Shown: in pieces, positions 53,883-58,846 of the stretch
How the letters are laid out: the number at the start of each line of letters is the position of its first letter
Numbering within the stretch: position 1 is the stretch's first letter
IMG/VR virus record: IMGVR_UViG_3300047547_000066
Coordinates: 1-58,846 of that record
DNA length: 58,846 bases
Reading direction: 5' to 3' (one strand)
Source: a virus
Lineage: Duplodnaviria > Caudoviricetes
The notes under the pieces: model-generated
Told to the model about the DNA's origin: nothing
What the model saw: only the letters and a program-made list of their open reading frames with translations
Database searches by the model: none
Position numbers and translations under genes: made by a program

Positions 53883-54651
53883 TTTTGAAAGTTTGGGTGA
53901 TAAACATAAGCGATTTGAAGAAACCAATACTATGCAACGTGTCATGGATGATATTCCATTCATTGTACGTTTAGATGGTCGATCATTCCATACATTTACT
54001 CGTGGTCTTGAAAGGCCATATGATGTAAGAATGTGTGATGCAATGATCAATACCATGACTGCATTGGTTAAGGAATTCAATCCAGATATTGGCTATACAC
54101 AATCTGATGAGATTACATTAGTGTTCTTAAATGAAACAATGCCATTGTTTGATGGTAGAATTGCCAAACTTGGTACTATTCTAGCAGCAAAATGTTCTGT
54201 GTTGTTTAATCGCGAGATACTTAAACGATTGCCGGAAAAAACAGACATGCTTCCTGTGTTTGATGCTCGTGTTTGGTCTGTTCCAAACAAATATATTGCT
54301 GCAGAGAATCTTCTGTGGCGACAAGCTGATGCATCACGCAATTCACTTACAATGGCAGCACATGCACATTTTTCTACACGTGAATTGCATGGAGCGGGTT
54401 ATGCCAAGAAGCATAATATGCTCAATAGCGTAGGTATAAACTGGGACGATTATCCAACCCACTTCAAACGTGGTACATTTGCAAAGAAGTTTAAAGTTCT
54501 TCGTGCATTACCAGATGAAGTATTGGCACAAATACCAGCAATTCAACGACCAAAAGGTCCAGTTGAGCGTCTTGAAGTCCAAACATTTGATCCAGGTGTT
54601 TTGACTGAACACCTGGATCAGCTAGAAGTTAAGTTGTTTGGTAATGGTTAA
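53869..54651 (+). CDS. thg1: tRNA-His guanylyltransferase-like (Thg1/TLP) 3'-5' nucleotidyltransferase
   Basis: VRLDGRSFHTFT, YTQSDEIT, FDARV, WRQADA.RNS, FKRGT. Confidence 0.93.
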   Translation: MNRYDFESLGDKHKRFEETNTMQRVMDDIPFIVRLDGRSFHTFTRGLERPYDVRMCDAMINTMTALVKEFNPDIGYTQSDEITLVFLNETMPLFDGRIAKLGTILAAKCSVLFNREILKRLPEKTDMLPVFDARVWSVPNKYIAAENLLWRQADASRNSLTMAAHAHFSTRELHGAGYAKKHNMLNSVGINWDDYPTHFKRGTFAKKFKVLRALPDEVLAQIPAIQRPKGPVERLEVQTFDPGVLTEHLDQLEVKLFGNG

Positions 54652-55342
54652 TTAACATATCACGTCTATCTTTAATTGTTTGAGCATGGGCTTCTAACCC
54701 ATGCTTTTTCATGATAGAATCAATTGTATCGTCTGTCAATGTGTGTAACTTAGCTGCTGCATTCTTCAATGTAGAGCGATCTAATTTTGAAAACACTCGA
54801 CCAGATGGATATGCTTCATTTTGAAATGAATGTACATCGGCTATATTGGATTTAAACTCTTTGGGCCCACCCATTGCTCTAAAGTGCATTGACCCACCTT
54901 GGTCGGCAGATATTAATTCACCAGTTGTTTTGTGTTTCATTACATTGTTATAATCCAACCCAACGATATCTCGATTACCTGTAATAATTGCACCATGGTG
55001 CATTAATGCAAGATGATCGGCATGTACTGGATCCTGCATTGCGGAATGATACTCTTTAGGTGAAGTTAGACTCTTTGCATCATCTTGCCATTTAGTAACA
55101 ACGGCAGTTTTTCCATCAACATGTTTAACAACTGGTGACAATGTTTTAATGCCCATTGACTTATAGATGTCAGCTGTTGCAACTTCAACTCTTGCTTGTT
55201 CTTCATTATCAGGAAATTTTACATAATATTTTTGGTTTGATGGTTTGTGAGTGTAAACTCCACCATCGTTTGACCCATATTGTGTTCCTTGATGTGGAAT
55301 AAATTCTTCGGCAAGTTGAGCGTACTCTTTAAACGTTGTCAT
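54629..55342 (-). CDS. Atypical kinase-like protein (HipA/PI3K-like fold) with CTS-like N-terminus
   Basis: Gly loop GTQYGSNDGG, YVKF, EVA, NRD....N, DQGG; starts MTTFKEYAQLAE. Confidence 0.6.
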   Translation of the reverse strand: MTTFKEYAQLAEEFIPHQGTQYGSNDGGVYTHKPSNQKYYVKFPDNEEQARVEVATADIYKSMGIKTLSPVVKHVDGKTAVVTKWQDDAKSLTSPKEYHSAMQDPVHADHLALMHHGAIITGNRDIVGLDYNNVMKHKTTGELISADQGGSMHFRAMGGPKEFKSNIADVHSFQNEAYPSGRVFSKLDRSTLKNAAAKLHTLTDDTIDSIMKKHGLEAHAQTIKDRRDMLINHYQTT

Positions 55343-55347
55343 ATTTG

Positions 55348-55605
55348 TTAGATGTAACTTGAATTATTTTTTAGTTGACTACCGGGGGTTCGTTCGTGTA
55401 TATTACGCAAAACATCCCTAAATGCATTATCTGGTTTTTGTAGTCCTAAACGCATTGGATCGCCTAGACTTGGAGCACCCTTAACTGTTCTATCTGACAT
55501 TGTTTGACACTTAGGACACTCTTGAGGATCTAAATAATTGGCCATGCGAACAGTTTTTTCAAAGTCTGTATCACATGCTGGGCACTTGTAATCATAAATT
55601 GGCAT
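55348..55605 (-). CDS. FmdB-family zinc-ribbon protein
   Basis: MPIYDYKCPAC...CPKC. Confidence 0.88.
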   Translation of the reverse strand: MPIYDYKCPACDTDFEKTVRMANYLDPQECPKCQTMSDRTVKGAPSLGDPMRLGLQKPDNAFRDVLRNIHERTPGSQLKNNSSYI

Positions 55606-55624
55606 AATATCTCCTAGAGGTCTA

Positions 55625-56122
55625 ATGGAACGAAATCACAAAACAATTATTGCTTATTATTTAGGACGTAAAAGCGAAAATGAAAACGCTACTTTACTTG
55701 ACCAGATGATTTGTTTCTTTACAAAATCAAGATTTTCACATGTAGAGTTAGTGTATGACTATTCACCATACAGTCAAATTGGATTAACTTGGTCATCTTC
55801 ATCTAGAGATGGTGGAGTGAGACCACAAAGAATTGATTTCAATGATATGCGATGGGAACTATACGAAGTTCCAACGACTATAACTAAGGGTAAAATTATA
55901 GAATGGTTCAATGAGACGCGAATGGGAGCTGAATACGATTGGTTAGGTGCATTAGGTGCATACATACCAGCATTCAAAGGAAGTAAGAAGCGTTGGTTTT
56001 GCTCAGAGATCGTTGCTACATGTCTAAAGGTTCCTGATGCTGATAAACTAACACCACAAGAGTTATTTGATTATTTTAAAAATGTGCATAAAAAAGTTGA
56101 ATTAAAAGATTTAAATGCTTGA
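55625..56122 (+). CDS. Permuted papain-like (YaeF/YiiX, C92-type) amidase
   Basis: FSHVEL...YDWLG...WFCSEIV...TPQEL (His before Cys). Confidence 0.8.
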   Translation: MERNHKTIIAYYLGRKSENENATLLDQMICFFTKSRFSHVELVYDYSPYSQIGLTWSSSSRDGGVRPQRIDFNDMRWELYEVPTTITKGKIIEWFNETRMGAEYDWLGALGAYIPAFKGSKKRWFCSEIVATCLKVPDADKLTPQELFDYFKNVHKKVELKDLNA

Positions 56123-56147
56123 CAATGGTGTTCACACCAGTTACAAT
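56119..56147 (+). promoter_or_regulatory. sigma70-like promoter
   Basis: TTGACA-17nt-TACAAT. Confidence 0.7.
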
Positions 56148-56153
56148 AACTAC

Positions 56154-56639
56154 ATGAACAACGCAACACACATCCTCCAAACCATTTCCGAACTCAATGC
56201 TCCTACGCTTGCTCGTATGATTACTCGTACTGAAGTCAAGATGAATAAAAAGGACGTCGAGACTAAAACTACACCTAACCCATTTGGTACTGTGTATAAA
56301 ATCACAACTCAAATCGTGGAACTTGCACCTAAGTATGAATCGGCTGTAAACGATCAACTTAGCACAGAAGGCAAAGAAGCCTCTTTTGAGGCAAGTGAGC
56401 GTAAGTGGGGCACTAACAAAGGCAACGGCATTGTTGAAAACAATGGTAAAACTTATGTTTCATTCATTGCTAAAGAACATGTTTTGACATCATACATCCA
56501 CAACGATGTTGTAATTGATAAAAAAGAATTCGTGGCTTTTGTTCCTGTTAAAAAGCCATCTGCGACTCAAGGAACAGATAAAGAAGTTGTTTTCCGTAGC
56601 GTTTCTCTGGAAAACATCATGAGCGTGGAGATTATCTAA
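56154..56639 (+). CDS. Hypothetical protein (possibly leaderless)
   Basis: ATG a few nt after the -10 box; YESAVN...RKWG. Confidence 0.65.
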   Translation: MNNATHILQTISELNAPTLARMITRTEVKMNKKDVETKTTPNPFGTVYKITTQIVELAPKYESAVNDQLSTEGKEASFEASERKWGTNKGNGIVENNGKTYVSFIAKEHVLTSYIHNDVVIDKKEFVAFVPVKKPSATQGTDKEVVFRSVSLENIMSVEII

Positions 56640-57004
56640 TGTGGGTATGTCTTAATAATGGGTTTGTATCGATTGTTGAAGATCGATACAATGATACTCT
56701 TGTCTTTGTACGCAGTCGTCGTCTGTCAGATTTGAAGAATTTTCTTGATAAAAATCGTGCAGATATTAAACACACACCTAGCGCAGATTATCAATATCGA
56801 GCTCATATTTCAAAAGCTGAACTTGCTGATTGTCTAATTCAAGCATCTACTAAAATTACATATGACAATTTCAAATCATCTGTGAAGGATGTAGATCTTT
56901 CACATTTCTACAATGATGTGTGGGTATCTGGAATTAACAATTTAGATTTCAACTGGTACAAACGTCACAACGTAAGTCATACGGTTGGTGTAACAAAGGC
57001 TTGA
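56639..57004 (+). CDS. Conserved hypothetical protein
   Basis: MWVCLNNGFVSIV...VRSR...DYQYRA...YDNFK. Confidence 0.7.
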   Translation: MWVCLNNGFVSIVEDRYNDTLVFVRSRRLSDLKNFLDKNRADIKHTPSADYQYRAHISKAELADCLIQASTKITYDNFKSSVKDVDLSHFYNDVWVSGINNLDFNWYKRHNVSHTVGVTKA

Positions 57005-57300
57005 CCTTGCAAGACAAGTATTTGATCTGCTAGTGGTGGATCAATAAACACTGAATACACCAACGTATTTGATGGCAATGATTGAGTTTGTGCAGCAGAC
57101 ATTGTTAACTGCACAACTCCATTTGCTGCATTGACAACTGTACCATCGAATGTATACTTGACAGTGGATTCAAAGTGTTTTGCAAGAACAATTTTGACAG
57201 TGAATCCGCTTAGGTTAAGCGCTACACCATTTGATTGCAATACCGTAATTTCTTTGGTATATGGTGTATTCTTTGTAATGAATAAGTTTTCGTATCTCAT
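56977..57300 (-). CDS. Virion structural protein (BppU N-terminal-like)
   Basis: LNLSGFT...NGVVQLTMSAAQT...YSV...LQGQAFVTP. Confidence 0.65.
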   Translation of the reverse strand: MRYENLFITKNTPYTKEITVLQSNGVALNLSGFTVKIVLAKHFESTVKYTFDGTVVNAANGVVQLTMSAAQTQSLPSNTLVYSVFIDPPLADQILVLQGQAFVTPTV

Positions 57301-58846
57301 ATAACTACTGTAGTCCTCTTTGGTTGTCTAATTTTAGTATTGTTTCTAACGGCTGACGGTATAGAGGCACTACTTCGGGTTGTAGTGCTTAGATTGGTAA
57401 TGGAATTAACTGATGGTAGTTTTCCAGTAGATGGCTGATTTGGCCAATCTTTAAGTTTCAATCCATAGTAATCAATAGATATCGCAATTGAAGACGCGCT
57501 AATAGTACCAGTTGTTATACTCAATGCCATGAGTATTGCATCCATTGTAGCGCTACCATTACTGCTACCAGATGATGCAACCAACAATACACATTCTGTA
57601 ATAGCATCACTTGTACTATTTGATTCACCTGTAACTGATGCAATTCCCGTAACCAATGATTGAGCATCACTGATTGATTCTACTGTACCTGTAGCTATTG
57701 CGATACCGTTGATTGTAGCAACTGCGCTTGAATTGCTATCAGCGGTACCTGTTGTTGGTGTTGCAACAATCCCATAATCACCAACTGCATTTGACGTAGC
57801 AAATGATTGACCAACAATATTAGCAATACATTCTAATTGTGTATTTGTCGATGCAGTTGCAGTAATATTGCCTGTTGTAATTGCATATAGCGTAGCATTG
57901 CTTATAGCAGTTGCATTTGCTGTAGCTATACCTACTACATTACCAGTTGCAGTTATTGAGCTGGTTGCACTTGATGTATTTTGTACTGTACCAGTATATC
58001 TAGCAGTTGCAATTTGTGTTGCAGTTACAGTTGAGTTACCTAACGATGACCCAGTCTGTCCTGATATTGCTGCAACTGTAGCAGATGTAGTTGAGGTAGC
58101 ACTAACAGTACCAGCAGCTCTATCAGTACCAGCAAGAGTAGCAGTCGCAGTTGATGTCGCAGTTGAAGTACCAGCGAATCTACCAGTTGCAGTTTGTGTC
58201 GATGTTGCAGTAGCTGACCCTGAGGATGCTCCAGTGAACTGACCGGAAGCAATAGTAATGCCAGTTGCAATAACGTTAGCATTATTGGTAGATGTACCAG
58301 TTGTTGGAAGTCTTCCAGTTATACCAGCAGTAGCAGTGGATGTACTTGATGATGTGCCAGACAATGCACCAGTTGCAACCATTGTTGCAGTTGCAGTGCT
58401 AGTACCACTAGAAGATGCAGCTACACCATTTATTGAAACTGCACCGGAAGCAGTTGATGTGCTATTTGATATACCAACAAAGCTAGCAGAACCAACCAAA
58501 GAACTTGTAGCAGTTGATGTAGCAACCGATGCACCTGTGGATATTACATACCCAATCAATAAACTGCTAGCAGATGATATGCTAGACGATGTACCTGATG
58601 TAGCTGCTACTGATGCTTGAGTTGCTGTTGCTGTTGCAGCACCAGATGTTGTACCTACAGCAGGAACAAACGCATTAGTTAGAGCAGTAGCGGTAGCAAC
58701 TGCGCTGACTGCACCTGTGGCTCTATCAGTACCAGCAAGAGTAGCAGTCGCAGTTGATGTCGCAGTTGAAGTACCAGCGAATCTACCAGTTGCAGTTTGT
58801 GTCGATGTTGCAGTAGCTGACCCTGAGGATGCTCCAGTGAACTGAC
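57297..58846 (-). CDS. Ala/Thr/Ser/Gly-rich repetitive virion fibre/surface protein (5' end beyond the window)
   Basis: Low-complexity A/T/S/G sequence whose repeats continue to the window edge. Confidence 0.7.
   Translation of the reverse strand, partial: QFTGASSGSATATSTQTATGRFAGTSTATSTATATLAGTDRATGAVSAVATATALTNAFVPAVGTTSGAATATATQASVAATSGTSSSISSASSLLIGYVISTGASVATSTATSSLVGSASFVGISNSTSTASGAVSINGVAASSSGTSTATATMVATGALSGTSSSTSTATAGITGRLPTTGTSTNNANVIATGITIASGQFTGASSGSATATSTQTATGRFAGTSTATSTATATLAGTDRAAGTVSATSTTSATVAAISGQTGSSLGNSTVTATQIATARYTGTVQNTSSATSSITATGNVVGIATANATAISNATLYAITTGNITATASTNTQLECIANIVGQSFATSNAVGDYGIVATPTTGTADSNSSAVATINGIAIATGTVESISDAQSLVTGIASVTGESNSTSDAITECVLLVASSGSSNGSATMDAILMALSITTGTISASSIAISIDYYGLKLKDWPNQPSTGKLPSVNSITNLSTTTRSSASIPSAVRNNTKIRQPKRTTVVI
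58117..58846. repeat. 127-bp exact direct repeat (58117-58243 and 58720-58846, may extend past the window)
   Basis: Identical sequence 603 bp (201 codons) apart. Confidence 0.9.

Noticed and set aside
1-58846. Stop-codon reassignment
   Set aside because: Core genes are full length under the standard code and no suppressor tRNA was seen

Overview
Fragment of a large T4-like (Tevenvirinae-related) myovirus genome, transcribed mostly on the minus strand. Right part (~23.9-58.8 kb): T4-like core genes (gp26, gp51, gp16, gp54, gp2, gp43 with a 160-aa mini-intein, regA, gp62/44/45, uvsY, nrdAB plus glutaredoxin, gp61, uvsW, gp3, dda). Interspersed accessory genes include Hsp20 under a ROSE-like thermometer, an Acb1-like 2H phosphodiesterase, an ADP-ribosyltransferase, a kinase-like protein, a Thg1-like protein and two paralogous His-rich proteins. 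Several of these carry N-termini resembling T4 capsid-targeting sequences. Left part (~5.6-23 kb): a hyperplastic early region with many sigma70-like promoters. It is dominated by about 15 paralogous small genes with three conserved blocks (MNERIKEL / EKFAELIVxEC / HFGVE) around two variable segments, and it shows direct-repeat scars of cassette-like shuffling. A small tRNA cluster lies at 23.0-23.9 kb. The most unusual element is a ~1.8 kb largely non-coding block (3.7-5.5 kb) packed with structured RNA-like units. These are an anticodon-less double tRNA-elbow RNA, a tRNA mimic with an expanded anticodon arm, a degenerate tRNA-Gly, a pseudoknotted RNA, and four units bracketed by a shared 14-19 bp terminal stem with unrelated interiors. 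All calls come from visual motif recognition; no searches or folding programs were run.
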